From the IMG/VR virus record IMGVR_UViG_3300040856_003054, positions 64,001 through 128,000 of that record: a stretch of DNA of 64,000 nucleotides; one strand, written 5' to 3'. Position numbers and translations under genes: made by a program. This stretch comes from a virus. Positions 9,591 through 21,204 of the stretch are shown piece by piece (position 1 is the stretch's first letter; the number at the start of each line of letters is the position of its first letter). Below the pieces are notes generated by a model, which worked only from the letters and a program-made list of their open reading frames with translations, did not search any database and was not told the origin of the DNA.

Positions 9591-10226
9591 ATGAACTATC
9601 TAAAGATTTATTGTAATCTTATCAGGAAAGCAGAGAATAGAACTCCACCTGAAGGTTATACGGAAAAACACCACATATTTCCTAAAAGTATTTTTGGAGA
9701 TAATGATAGAGTTGTAATATTAAGTGGAAGAGAGCATTATATTGCTCACGCATTATTAGAAAAAGCATTTATAAAAAGGTATGGTGGAAATCACAAAAAA
9801 ACTAAAAAGATGTCTTTTGCTTTTTGGTGTATGAATAACCAAAAATCAAAAAATACTTATTTAAATTCTTATTTTTATGAAAGTTCCCGAATGAGAGTTA
9901 GTGGGGAAAATAATATAGCAAAAGACCCAATTATTCGTAAAAAAATAAGTGAGAAAAAACGAGGAAAAAATCATCATCAATATGGAAAACCACATTCCCA
10001 GGAAACTAAAAATAAGATAAGTAAAAAGAGGAGTGGAAAAAATAATCATATGTCTAAACATTGGAAAATTACATTTTCCAATGGAAATGAAATTGTATTG
10101 TGTGGATTATATAAATGGTCCAGGGAAAATGGATATTGTGCTACTCATATTATTGGAGTTTGTCGTGGAAAAAGAAACTATCATAAAGATATTGTGTCAG
10201 TTGAAGAACTGGCACAAATTTCTTGA
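9591..10226 (+). CDS. HNH (MobE-like) homing endonuclease with NUMOD3 and C-terminal HTH-like domain
   Basis: MNY.K.Y..LI..A, EKHHIFPKS..G, L..REHYIAH.LL; YGKPHSQETK.KIS. Confidence 0.85.
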   Translation: MNYLKIYCNLIRKAENRTPPEGYTEKHHIFPKSIFGDNDRVVILSGREHYIAHALLEKAFIKRYGGNHKKTKKMSFAFWCMNNQKSKNTYLNSYFYESSRMRVSGENNIAKDPIIRKKISEKKRGKNHHQYGKPHSQETKNKISKKRSGKNNHMSKHWKITFSNGNEIVLCGLYKWSRENGYCATHIIGVCRGKRNYHKDIVSVEELAQIS

Positions 10227-10275
10227 ATAAAACACTTAAAATATGTTATTATGAAGAACACTAAAAAAGAAAAAA

Positions 10276-13200
10276 ATGAAAAATTTTCTGCTCACATTAT
10301 GGTATTTTCCATCACATTTATGGTATAATTATAAATCTTGGAGATATGAGCAAAAATGTATAAAATACTTTGGAGCGAAACCTGAAAAGATTCTTCTACC
10401 AAAAGAACAATTCGATGCTCTTGTAGAACGATTAAATCAACCATCAGACCCTAAAGTAGTTGAAAGATTAAAAGAGATTATGTCTAAAAAGGCTCCGTGG
10501 GAATAATGAAAGAATACTTTGAAAAACTAAAAAAGAGAGCAGGAGTTATTATTCTGTTCGGCCAAATGTGTATTATCATCTATCAACTTGGCACATTAGA
10601 ATCAAAGAAGGTTACTATCTGTCAACCTGATACTTACCAGCAACGGATTATTTGTGTAGAGCAGTGAACGATAAATCTAAAATCTTCTACAATGTCTGGT
10701 GCAATGCGTACCAAAGACGAACCATATATAAAGGAACCGACAGAGAACACAGAGAGCACGAAACTGTGCGAATGTGTCTTGATATGAAAGATGTAAAGTT
10801 CTACCAATTTGATAGTGAGAGACCCAGATATGTTTAGTAAGCCTCTTCTTGGAACCAATACAAAGAAAACTAAACTTTCTTGGATTGAGTATATCTGGAA
10901 CTCGTGTATTATTCAGGGGTGGTATAATTGCTGGTATTCCTTTAAGAACTGGGCCGATTTGATGGGCGATAATTACCAAGAATACGCTTTATTAGTATCT
11001 GATGACCCATTGGAGCAATGTATCTTATATTTCTGGGATAGTTTGGAAGATGAGATTTATCCAAAACACTTTTTGGATAGTTTACTTCAAATGGTAGACG
11101 ATATTGAAACTGGCAAAGAAAAAGTATATCCACTTGATGAAGATTTCTTTGATAGAATGAAAGAACTTACTGATGGTATTGCTGTAAACCTTAACGAAAA
11201 GTTGGAGGAAGAGTGAAGTGGGACTTTATGATGAGATTCGTTCTTCTTATGATTTGGGAGAACAATTCACAAATGTAGAAATGCAAACCAAAGGTCTTGC
11301 GTGTGCAATGACTCGTTATTGGATTTCTCCTGATGGTTATTTGTATGAATTGACTTATAGAGAAACTCACGACTTTGCAGAAATTGGTGAAGATGATGAA
11401 AGGTACGATCCTAAAAAGTTATTTTTGAATTTTGAGTGGATTCCAACAGGAAAGAATGGTAAAGTTGAACCGTGTTATGTGACTGATTATGTTGAGGTTT
11501 ATCCTGCAACTTGGAATCAATCTTGGGAATCTTGGCCCCGACTAAAATTACACTTCAAACTGGGAAAACTACAAGATTATGAAAACATCACAGGACAACG
11601 TTGAACTATTCCCTTATGAGTCGTTCGGTGTAAGATTAGAACACATAAACGAAAAAAGAATCTGTTGGTTCAAGGACGATTATGAGTTGCAAAAATACCT
11701 AGAAAGGTATAAACTGGATAAGAGAACTATTAAACTTGATTATCGTGATGGAGAACCCACTAAACCCAGTCAAAAACGTAAGAGAAGTGTGGAGCAAAAA
11801 CCTGAACCAAAGAGTAAAGGAAGTTCAGGTACAAGTAAAGGACGAACCACCCGCATGGATCCCACTCGCAACACTACTGGCACTACAAAACGCAAGAAAA
11901 AATGACGGAGCAAACTAAACTCATTCTTGCTCTAATGCAGATTGATAATCTTACAAATCTTTTGGAAGGTAATCAATATCAAAAATTTTTATACAGCAAA
12001 TTAATTTCTACGCGAATTGAACTACAGAGGCAATTGAGTCATTATGGAAAGACAGTGGTATGATGATAAAGCATTTTATGTGGAGGGAAAGAAGTATGGA
12101 TTATGGGATTCATATGATAAAGATGGCAAATGTATTATTACCTCACTAACCGAAGAAGAGTGTGTTAAAGCTACGCGATTTATGTTGAAACTCAAACAAG
12201 AGAATAAACTAAATGAAGTAGGGAACACCTATTCTGGCACCGTAGATGGAAAACTTTAGAGCAGGAAACAATGTAAAATTCATTGGTTGTTCAAAGGAAC
12301 AGATTGCTTGGGGTAATAATGATGACCCCACAGGTATTTTGATTGTGGGTGACAAGTATTATGTGGAAAAGGTAGAAGTTCACTCACAACACACAAAGTT
12401 GACATTGCGAGGAATATGCGGTAGATTCAATAGTGTATGTTTTGAAAAAGTATGACAGTAAGAACTTTCGTTGATAAGAATGGAAATGAGTGGAGTTGGG
12501 AAGAAACTCCAGAAGTCCTTGAAGCACTGAAGAATCTCCATGAAATTAAGAATGACACAAAAACAACAGATGTGGGCTAATATCTTCCAGTGTGCTATTC
12601 AAAGGTCTGATATTTACTTCAAAGAAAAAGATCTAGATCGACACGCAAGAGAACACACAACAGTCACATTAGCACTTCAAAAAGGTGAACAATTTTGGAA
12701 AGAACTACTGTAGAATATCCATACCACGTTCTTGATGAAACAACTCCTTGGAATTCGTGGTTGGAATATTCTGAAATATGTCATCAACTTAATGTTCCTG
12801 GACAACCATCTCTGGGACGTTTTATGTCATTTAGACGTTATTTGAAATCTGCTGGACTATTATAATGATTAAAAGATTTGTCAAATGGTTTATCACACCA
12901 TCAAAAAAACCTATCGTTGAAGATATTGATTTGTATGCTAAAATTGTAGAACTGGAGAATCGTATTGCTAATCTAGAAGAAGAAAACATTGAGACAAATA
13001 ATGTGCTCTATGAACTTGGAAACTCTATTGATGCTGTTGATGTCCGTATAGATATTCTATCACTTGAGACATTTACTAAAAATGTATGAAAATCTATCAC
13101 AGTATGAACGAGCACTCGCAAGGTTTGGTGATAAAGTGGGCCTCATTGCAGGACTTGAAATCGCGGATAAGATCTCACCAGAAGATGCTTATCAACAAAT

Positions 13201-13406
13201 CAAGGAACTTTACAAAGAACTTAAGAAACTCCGTAAGAAAGAAAGAAGAATCTGGGGAAATACTGGAATCGGGACTACGAAAGTGCGCTAACTGTGGAGA
13301 GGTAAAACCACTTGACATCGAGCACTTTCAGGTGGTAAAATATTTTCATCAGGGATTTTCATTCTACTGCAACGAGTGTAACAAACCCAAACCAAGAGAT
13401 GATTGA
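10276..13406 (+). CDS. cluster of small hypothetical cyanophage genes (incl. 10830..11216, 11218..11604, 11579..11905, 12044..12259, 12246..12455, 12865..13089, 13082..13291)
   Basis: Contiguous overlapping + strand ORFs with phage-like composition; no function recognisable. Confidence 0.65.
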
Positions 13407-13408
13407 TT

Positions 13409-14071
13409 ATGACAGACTTTGACTACAAAAAGTATTCACTTGAGAATCTTGAGAAGTGGATGAGTGATGCTTTGATTTCGGCAGAAGCAACACCAAAAGA
13501 AATCTATGATATTATTCACAAAGTCGTAGAAGAAGAGTATTATTATTTCAAACATCAAACTGGTCGTTGTTATGAACTTCTAGCACTTCTGAAAGGTAAT
13601 GGTAAAGAACATCTAACTTGTGATAAAGATGATAAGTCTCCCGAGTGTCAAAATGCCTGGAACGATTTCTGGGAAGAGTATTATTATCCTGAAGAGCATC
13701 AGAAACACACTGAAGAAGTAAAAGATAACGGTATGCGTCCTTGGGGGCATAGTGATTTGGAATACATGATTGCCAATCCAACTTTGACCGAAGATCGTGT
13801 TAGTAACTTTCCTGGAGAGCAATACACTGAAGAAGAACTGAATGCGATGTGTGATTCTGCTAAAAAGGAAGATAAAGTAGTAAAGTGGCAACTACCTGTT
13901 CAAGTTGATGGATTGAGTGGTGAGTGTTTTGTGGAGTTCCCTGATGATTTGTTAGAAGCAGCAAATCTTAAAGAAAACGACCTTGTGAGCTGGATTGACC
14001 GTGGCGACGGTAGTTTTGAATTAAGAAAAGTAACTAAACCTATTGGAATGGAGGAAAGTAAATGTCACTAA
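13409..14071 (+). CDS. protein with C-terminal AbrB/MazE/SpoVT-like swapped-hairpin domain
   Basis: C-terminal G.CFVEFPDDLLEAANLKEND.V.W...GDGSF.L.K pattern. Confidence 0.6.
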   Translation: MTDFDYKKYSLENLEKWMSDALISAEATPKEIYDIIHKVVEEEYYYFKHQTGRCYELLALLKGNGKEHLTCDKDDKSPECQNAWNDFWEEYYYPEEHQKHTEEVKDNGMRPWGHSDLEYMIANPTLTEDRVSNFPGEQYTEEELNAMCDSAKKEDKVVKWQLPVQVDGLSGECFVEFPDDLLEAANLKENDLVSWIDRGDGSFELRKVTKPIGMEESKCH

Positions 14072-14286
14072 GTAAACAAACACTAGATCATTTATTAGAA
14101 GCAGAGAGTCATCTTCGTGCTGCTATTAAATCCGCTGCTACAAATGAAAAACCTTTAGTAGTTAAACAACTATCACAACTTCTTCTTGATATCGAACAGT
14201 GTAAAAAGTTTGAAGATTTGATGGATATTCTTGAGAATCGTAAACCTGGAAGTAGTGGTTCTTTTGGTTCATTCTTTAATGATTAA
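14062..14286 (+). CDS. hypothetical cyanophage protein
   Basis: MSLS.QT..HL.EAE..LR.A...AA..EKP helical protein; GGAGG RBS. Confidence 0.7.
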   Translation: MSLSKQTLDHLLEAESHLRAAIKSAATNEKPLVVKQLSQLLLDIEQCKKFEDLMDILENRKPGSSGSFGSFFND

Positions 14287-14546
14287 AAAGTATTATCACA
14301 CTCTTAAGAGAATATTAAGAAACATCACATCTTGCTTAAATAGTGTTAGGATTTGCTGATAAACGCGGGAGCAAAGGTATGACTCTTCCATCAAAGGGAC
14401 AAAGGAATCTTACTGACGATGAGTGGCAAGAAATGGATGCTCTTAGAAAAGTCATCAGTCAAAGACCACAAGCACTTGTGCCAGAGAAGATGGAAAAGTT
14501 TTCTGAATATATGGTGCGAAGTTTAAGGGAGATGGGAAATTGATAG

Positions 14547-14575
14547 AGAGGGTCAGCAATGACCCTCTTTTTTTC
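14547..14575 (+). terminator. rho-independent terminator
   Basis: agagggtca-gcaa-tgaccctct followed by a T run; CTAAATA late promoter follows. Confidence 0.8.
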
Positions 14576-14599
14576 TAAATACTTGAAAAGGATAATAAA

Positions 14600-16309
14600 A
14601 TGGTAAAGGGAAACGTTGGCAATACTAAAGAATATGTCCAATGTTTAGCATTTGCTTACTTTGCAAATCACAAATATCCAAACAAAAAAGAAGATCAAGA
14701 AGAACATAAATTATCTTTTTACAATCTTTTTGTCACCTCTTCAGATAGAAAGGAATTTAATATCGAAAAATTAAATCTCCGAGAATATAAAAGTCATTTG
14801 GGTAATAGATTTCCTTATATAAGAACTACAAGAGATTTTAAAACAAAAGTTAATCAAAAAGGAAAGATTACTGCAGATACTACAGTACAAAAAGTATATG
14901 ATGTTGCACTGGAACTTTATAAATCTAAAGTTATTGGTCAAAATTGGGAAAATTATGAATTTTTAGATCAAACTGATATTTTTACACAAACTGTAAAAGA
15001 TGCTGCATTGAATAAAATTAAGGAGGTTTTGGGAATAACCTTTAAACTTGATATGCTTGCAAGTTTTGATATGTTTGTTGTTCATAAGAAAAAAAAGCAA
15101 ACTATATTAAATGAAATAAACACTTATATATTAAATGCAAGTGATTCGACAATATTAAAAAATTATAGTTTAAATCAGCATACTTATAGAACCATATTAA
15201 ATCGTCATTTCAAATCAACGACAAATACAAGGTCTTTAGTGGCAATTTCTCTTAAATTGCCAGGAACTGTTGAACAAAAAAAATATATAAACATAATTGG
15301 AACTGAAAATGTAAAAAAAGAATTATCTGACTACATTGATCCGTATACGAAGTTTTTAACTTTAGCAATATCTTCTAAACCAAATGAATTAAAATCCTTA
15401 ATTGAAAATTTGATAAAAATAGAATATGGTCAATTTAGAACTGGATCAAATGTGTTGACTTGGGAATTGCCAGTAACTTTTAGGTATAAAGTAGCCGCAC
15501 AAAAAGTATTTGGTAGGGATATAGAACCTTTGAGTGACATGGACTATAAGATAGTGTTTCTTGCCCAAGGATATGGTGCTGGATGGAATGGATTTGTTAA
15601 AGTTGGAAAGCAGGGACCACCTTGGACAGGTGGTGGGGCAGCATCAACATTCGAATTTTTTTATGAACAATATCCAGAATACTCTCTTGTTATTCAAAAG
15701 TTGGTGCAGTTAAGAGCAAAAGCTTTCAATTATGTTTTAACTGGTAAAGAAAATGGAAGAATAGATGATTCTACGTTTTCAACTAAATTAAAAACATCTT
15801 ATCGAGCAGCACTAAGAGAAATAACAACTAGAAAAATATTAGTTAATAGTCGTACTGCCAAATATGACAAAATTGAAGAATTTTTTAATCTTTATGATAA
15901 AGAAACTGGTAATAAAGATAGTATAACAATGTACTATGTTGCTGTTATTAATTTGGTTAGAGGAAAAGTTAAATCTTCAATTAAAATAACAGATAATTAT
16001 GCAAGTTTTAGTATGTTCGTTGGACAAAAAAAAGAAAGAAAAGCAACAACGTCTGAAACTCAGGAAAGAATAAAAGCACATTATGCACATGCGCAACTTG
16101 CATGGTTTACTTTCATTGGAGGGAAAAGCTATCAAGCATATCTTAAACAAAGAATGTTTTTGACAATATATGGAGTCATTAGTAAAAAGGGATATAAAAT
16201 TTTCGATTACAACAAAAATATCAGTACTGTTAAAAGTGCAATTACTGCATCAATTAAAAAAATGCCCAAAGCAGCATTTGATTCTGCTCCCCACTTGTTA
16301 CTGTCGTAA
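14600..16309 (+). CDS. 569-aa basic late protein, putative PD-(D/E)xK nuclease
   Basis: N-terminal E..QC, SFDMFVV...LVAISLK pattern; Lys-rich, very AT-rich; late promoter upstream. Confidence 0.5.
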   Translation: MVKGNVGNTKEYVQCLAFAYFANHKYPNKKEDQEEHKLSFYNLFVTSSDRKEFNIEKLNLREYKSHLGNRFPYIRTTRDFKTKVNQKGKITADTTVQKVYDVALELYKSKVIGQNWENYEFLDQTDIFTQTVKDAALNKIKEVLGITFKLDMLASFDMFVVHKKKKQTILNEINTYILNASDSTILKNYSLNQHTYRTILNRHFKSTTNTRSLVAISLKLPGTVEQKKYINIIGTENVKKELSDYIDPYTKFLTLAISSKPNELKSLIENLIKIEYGQFRTGSNVLTWELPVTFRYKVAAQKVFGRDIEPLSDMDYKIVFLAQGYGAGWNGFVKVGKQGPPWTGGGAASTFEFFYEQYPEYSLVIQKLVQLRAKAFNYVLTGKENGRIDDSTFSTKLKTSYRAALREITTRKILVNSRTAKYDKIEEFFNLYDKETGNKDSITMYYVAVINLVRGKVKSSIKITDNYASFSMFVGQKKERKATTSETQERIKAHYAHAQLAWFTFIGGKSYQAYLKQRMFLTIYGVISKKGYKIFDYNKNISTVKSAITASIKKMPKAAFDSAPHLLLS

Positions 16310-16626
16310 AACTGGCACACCGACGACCCTGTTGGGATTTGGTGTGCTATACTAAGAATGTTCTGAGAATTCCAATGAAATTCCATTTTACCAACAGGGA
16401 AGAAGCAGTTTCGTCGGTGTATGATTCTGTTAGTTTGATTGTTGACTGTTATTCTAAGGATTCTATGTTGGATAATTACCTCGACCAAGAAACGATTGAC
16501 AAATTGAGGTTTATTCTCAACGATATTGGTGAAGGTATCATCAAATAATGTTCACTTAAACAACTGGCACACACTCTTGCCACAGCACCTGATTTCTGAT
16601 ATTATTACTTTATTGATTCTTAATTC

Positions 16627-17853
16627 ATGCTTTCTCTTCGACCTCAACAGCAAGAGTTTATGTTTCTCTCTGGTCAGCACGATAAGATGCTGACCGTTGC
16701 TCCTACCAGTGCTGGTAAGAGTATTATGATGATTGCTGATGCTCAACGTCAACTGCAAAGCAATCCTGATTCTACAATTCTGATCGTTGCACCAAAACTA
16801 CTTTTGTGCAATCAACTCTCTGATGAGTTTGAGAAGTTTATTCCTAACACTCACATTATTCATATGCACAGTGGAGACACTGAGCACACTCGCATCACTA
16901 ACTTCCTAGAACTTGCTTATCATTGGGAAACAACTCCAGGTTCTAAGACAATCTTTACAACTTATCATTCTCTGCATAAAATTGCACAAGCAGAGATTGA
17001 TATTGATGTGACTTATCTTGATGAAGCACACAATGCAACCAATCGTCGTTTCTTTGATTCTGTCAAAAGTATCAGCAAGAGTTCCAAACGATTCTATTCT
17101 CTGACTGCGACTCCTAAGTTCAGTCAGTCAAGTCGTCCTGGCAATAATGATGCTGAGGTTTTTGGTAGCAAGATCTTCAGTGTCAAAGCACCAGATCTGA
17201 TTGAGAATGGTAGCATCCTTGCACCTAAGGTTTCTGTTGTGCAAGTATCTGCTGCACGGGAAAAGGATAGTGCAGCAGAACGAGACTTCTATACTCTCTG
17301 TGATACTATTCTCAATGAGGATGACATGGATAAAGTTCTGGTTGTTGCACCAAATACTAAGGTTTTGAATCAGATGCTATCAACCACTGCTCTCATTCCT
17401 GAGATGCGGAACAATGGTTATGATGTGCTTTGGATTACTTCAAAGCACGGTGCCTTTGTGAATGGTAAGAAAGTTGCGAGGTCTGAGTTTCTTCATACTC
17501 TTTCCGAATATGGTGCAGATCCTTCTCGCAAATTTGTTGTCTTCCACATTGGTATTCTGACTGAAGGTATTAGTGTGCCTGGTATTCAATCCTGCATCTT
17601 TATGCGAAATCAGAACTTTGTGTCTACTGTGCAGAGTATTGGTCGTTGCATCCGTGTACATCAAAAAGACACTGAACGTATGAAGAATGGGAACTTGATT
17701 CCTGGTGATTTTGATAACTATGTCAAACCTTTTGGTAAAGTTGTGATTCCAGTGTATAATAATCGTGTTGGTATTGCTACTGCACGTCGAGTTGAGAGTG
17801 TTGTGCAGGAAGTATTTGTCAACGGTAATTTTGTTGCTGATTATGTAAAATGA
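16627..17853 (+). CDS. SF2 DEAH-box helicase (type III restriction Res-like)
   Basis: LRPQQ, APTSAGKS Walker A, TTYHSL, LDEAH, TATP, ILTEGISVP, QSIGRCIR. Confidence 0.9.
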   Translation: MLSLRPQQQEFMFLSGQHDKMLTVAPTSAGKSIMMIADAQRQLQSNPDSTILIVAPKLLLCNQLSDEFEKFIPNTHIIHMHSGDTEHTRITNFLELAYHWETTPGSKTIFTTYHSLHKIAQAEIDIDVTYLDEAHNATNRRFFDSVKSISKSSKRFYSLTATPKFSQSSRPGNNDAEVFGSKIFSVKAPDLIENGSILAPKVSVVQVSAAREKDSAAERDFYTLCDTILNEDDMDKVLVVAPNTKVLNQMLSTTALIPEMRNNGYDVLWITSKHGAFVNGKKVARSEFLHTLSEYGADPSRKFVVFHIGILTEGISVPGIQSCIFMRNQNFVSTVQSIGRCIRVHQKDTERMKNGNLIPGDFDNYVKPFGKVVIPVYNNRVGIATARRVESVVQEVFVNGNFVADYVK

Positions 17854-18026
17854 GTTCTAAATCTGGATTTATAACATCTGATAACTATGCTGCAGTACCT
17901 TGGGGAAAGAGGTATGTTATCCTTTACAATGGACAGCAGTTGACTGATGTAAAAACTGTCCTTCAAGCACAAAAGTTTATCAAGCAGCACCGTACCACTC
18001 CTCAAAGTGGCACAGTGTTTGTTTGA
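17850..18026 (+). CDS. 58-aa hypothetical protein (not in ORF track)
   Basis: ATGA overlap with the helicase stop; MSSKSGFITSDNYAAVPWGKRYVILYNGQQL... Confidence 0.6.
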   Translation: MSSKSGFITSDNYAAVPWGKRYVILYNGQQLTDVKTVLQAQKFIKQHRTTPQSGTVFV

Positions 18027-18072
18027 TATCCCTTCTTTTACTCTATAATTACTTTGTCCTCCACCAAAAACA

Positions 18073-20358
18073 ATGCAAAGAAAAAATCTTTGGGACCAAA
18101 TCATTTCCCAAGCAATTCCTTCAGATAAAAACGGTGTTCTTTTTCTAAATCAAGAAATCAAAGATCTTGCAGACAAATATCCTTGCGGATTTTATGGTTT
18201 TACTAAACTCAGTGCATTTCTCAACAATGAATATAAGTGTGGTCAAACTGAAAAGTTTGCTGCTGAGAGGGTTCATGATCAACGTACAGCATCTGAACGC
18301 GAAGAGTATGTAATTGTTAGTTGGATTCCATCTCCTCTTGCAAAGATTAGTTCTCAGGATCAGCGTATTCTTCTTGAACTGCACAATCTCAAGCGTTGTA
18401 CCTTGAGTAATGTTCTGGACTCTAATCGAACTTCAAAAGAGTGGGCAGTATTTCCTGATGATAATCCAGAGGAGATCTGGAGGAAGTATCTTGGTAGTAA
18501 TGCAACCAAATTTGATCTTGGACTGACCATTTGGCAACTTGAAGCGATGGATCAGATCTTTACCTTTCTTGGTGAAGGTAAGAAAAAGATCATGGCAGAA
18601 CTTGCTGCGCGATTTGGTAAGACTCTGGAATATCTTTCCTTGTTTGTTGCCAGCAAGTACAAAGTTATGGTTGTCGGAACCTATTACTTGACTGCACTCT
18701 CTTCCTTTGAGAAAGAGGTTTGTCGATATAAAGAGTTTTCTGATTTTGTTGTCCTTGAATTAGGATCGGAAACTTTTGAAGAAGATTTTGAGTATAATCT
18801 CAATCAGAATAAAAAGATTGTTGTTCTTGTCTCTCTTTGTGGTGATAAAGAAGTTGACCATAGTGTGCGCAACCAAAACGCATATATCATTGAACAATTC
18901 TCCAACAAAATCACCATCATTGATGAAGCAGACTATGGAGCACATACCGAGAGTTGTGTTCCCTTTGTAAATCGCATTGGTCACGGCGCACCTGTAATTC
19001 TCACTACAGGAACCAATAGCGAACGTGCAAGGGGTTTCCATACTGATGTTGATGCTTTCTTCAGGGTTACTTACCTTGATATGCTCATGAAAGCAGGTAC
19101 AAAACTGAGGATTAAAAATGCGATTGTCAATCAATTTAAGCGAGCAGATAAATTTGAAAGGAATCTTGCAAAGGTTCAATTCTATCGTTATGATTGGAGT
19201 CGCTTTTTGTCTTATATTGATGGTCATGAAGTAGAACTCAATCCTTCATTTGCAAAGTGTTCCACAGATGTTTGTAAAAATTCTGGATTCTGGATTGGTC
19301 TATATCAATCCTTCATGGGCGTAAGTCCAATTATGGATGTAAATGATTATAGTCTCTTTAATTGTCTTGAGAACGACACTGCAAAATCAGTTATCCAATT
19401 TACAAGTATGGATAATAAACAGTTGGATGCTCTTGAATCTATTGCAAAACCAATTCTAGATTCTCGCTATGATGTTTATGCTATTCATGGGGAAAAAATC
19501 AAAGGGAAAGACGCAGAACAATTTGTGAAGGATAAGATTCGAATTGCAGAATCTAAGGGCAAACATGTTTGGATTATTGCATGTAATATGTGCCAACGTT
19601 CCTTTAGTATTCCTGAGATCAATGTTGTCATTCTAACCTATGATAATGGTGACACTGGCGCCACTGTGCAAAAAATGAGTCGTGCTTTGACTGCTGGTGA
19701 CAGTAGAAAAATTGGTCACATTGTCTCTATTTCGATTGATGGAAGTAGAGATGATAAAGTTACCACAATGATTATTGATACGGCAAAAGAAGTTGCTGAT
19801 CATGAGGGAATTGATGTTGTTACTGCACTTCGTAAAGTCATGAAGTCTCTTCCAATTTTCCAAATGGGAGAGGATGGTTATAATATTCGACTTGAACCTG
19901 ATGAGTATTCTAAGGAAATTTTCTCATCCTCTAATTCTCATCAACTTATTACCAATAATGCAAATTTTTTCCTGGATGATAATGGATATGAAGTTCTGTT
20001 AAAGTGTTCCAATGTCATCAAAAAACTTGATAAAAACAAAGTAGATGCTGCATTTGAACCTGGGAAAACTTATTTAACAAAAAGGGAGAATAGTCCTTCC
20101 CAAAGGACTAAAGATGAGATTGCAGAACTTCGTAAAACTCTCAGGAACATTGTAGATCGCATTGATTATTGTGTTCGACAGATTTCTAAAGTTGAACGTA
20201 AGATTGATTATGCAAAGTTTGTTTCTATTCTAGAGCAGAAGAAGTATGTGAGTGAAATCATTGGCATTGATTCTTCTGAACTACAAATTCTTGTGAATGA
20301 CAATTACATTTGTAAAGATCTCTTTTCAATCTATCTTGAATGTGTGGTGAGCAAATGA
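18073..20358 (+). CDS. SF2 helicase with N-terminal GIY-YIG/T5orf172-like domain (restriction-enzyme-like)
   Basis: YKCGQT....ERV N-terminus; WQLEA, AARFGKT, IIDEADYGAH, TTGT, RSFSIP, QKMSRALT. Confidence 0.75.
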   Translation: MQRKNLWDQIISQAIPSDKNGVLFLNQEIKDLADKYPCGFYGFTKLSAFLNNEYKCGQTEKFAAERVHDQRTASEREEYVIVSWIPSPLAKISSQDQRILLELHNLKRCTLSNVLDSNRTSKEWAVFPDDNPEEIWRKYLGSNATKFDLGLTIWQLEAMDQIFTFLGEGKKKIMAELAARFGKTLEYLSLFVASKYKVMVVGTYYLTALSSFEKEVCRYKEFSDFVVLELGSETFEEDFEYNLNQNKKIVVLVSLCGDKEVDHSVRNQNAYIIEQFSNKITIIDEADYGAHTESCVPFVNRIGHGAPVILTTGTNSERARGFHTDVDAFFRVTYLDMLMKAGTKLRIKNAIVNQFKRADKFERNLAKVQFYRYDWSRFLSYIDGHEVELNPSFAKCSTDVCKNSGFWIGLYQSFMGVSPIMDVNDYSLFNCLENDTAKSVIQFTSMDNKQLDALESIAKPILDSRYDVYAIHGEKIKGKDAEQFVKDKIRIAESKGKHVWIIACNMCQRSFSIPEINVVILTYDNGDTGATVQKMSRALTAGDSRKIGHIVSISIDGSRDDKVTTMIIDTAKEVADHEGIDVVTALRKVMKSLPIFQMGEDGYNIRLEPDEYSKEIFSSSNSHQLITNNANFFLDDNGYEVLLKCSNVIKKLDKNKVDAAFEPGKTYLTKRENSPSQRTKDEIAELRKTLRNIVDRIDYCVRQISKVERKIDYAKFVSILEQKKYVSEIIGIDSSELQILVNDNYICKDLFSIYLECVVSK

Positions 20359-21200
20359 CTTTTCTTACTATTGAACAATACCAAAAGTATTTCTCCTGTG
20401 ATGAGAATACTTTGATTCTTGGTTCTCCTCAAATTGCACTAATTGCCGATCTTCTTGGTGAAAAGTTTGTCTATGCTTCTACCATTGATGATGTGAATAA
20501 GAAGTATGATCGGGTTTTGATTGATGTTGAGGAGGGGAAACAATATCGTAACATCAAACAAAAAACTGAGAAAACATGGTACAATGATGCTGTAAAGTGT
20601 CTGAGTAAGACTGGTGTATTGATTGGAGCATTTCCAAGGAAAGTTTGCTCTTCATTTTCCTCTTCCACTCAAGCACATCGAAGAGGTGTTATCAAACAAT
20701 CTGGTTATGATATTACCATGATTGAAAACGATAGAATGATTGTGAAAAATAATTCACAGTCTCTCTCTACCATTCAATATGGGAACAAGACAATTACTTT
20801 GGACACTAAAAAAGTACCAATCCTTCACACATACAACGAAAAGCATTATAATTACTTAATGCAAACTGATCTCTCAAAATCTATTGAGAAATACTCTCTT
20901 CCAGGTAAAAAAATTCGCAACATTGAAGGAGACAAAAAGGAAATAAATGAGATGGGTAAAGAAGGTCTATTGATCTTCACAAATTGTCGCTCTCTTAAAG
21001 TTATTAAACTTGAAGATGTTGATAAATTGAGTTCCGCTGCAGATTGTCATTTGTTCCCATCTGTAAAGGAAAGAGATCTCTACTATAATGCTCTTTTGTC
21101 TCTAAAGGTTCAAGAATTTGCAATGAATCTTTCTCATTATCAACCAATCAATGTTAAAATGAGATCATACCTGTTCAATCCAAATATTTTTTCGCTGTAG
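20355..21200 (+). CDS. hypothetical protein, possibly a degenerate N6-methyltransferase fold
   Basis: ATGA-coupled to the helicase; KYDRVLID...WY..AVKCLSKTGVLIGAFP resembles the motif IV-VI region but has no NPPY. Confidence 0.5.
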   Translation: MTFLTIEQYQKYFSCDENTLILGSPQIALIADLLGEKFVYASTIDDVNKKYDRVLIDVEEGKQYRNIKQKTEKTWYNDAVKCLSKTGVLIGAFPRKVCSSFSSSTQAHRRGVIKQSGYDITMIENDRMIVKNNSQSLSTIQYGNKTITLDTKKVPILHTYNEKHYNYLMQTDLSKSIEKYSLPGKKIRNIEGDKKEINEMGKEGLLIFTNCRSLKVIKLEDVDKLSSAADCHLFPSVKERDLYYNALLSLKVQEFAMNLSHYQPINVKMRSYLFNPNIFSL

Positions 21201-21204
21201 TTTT

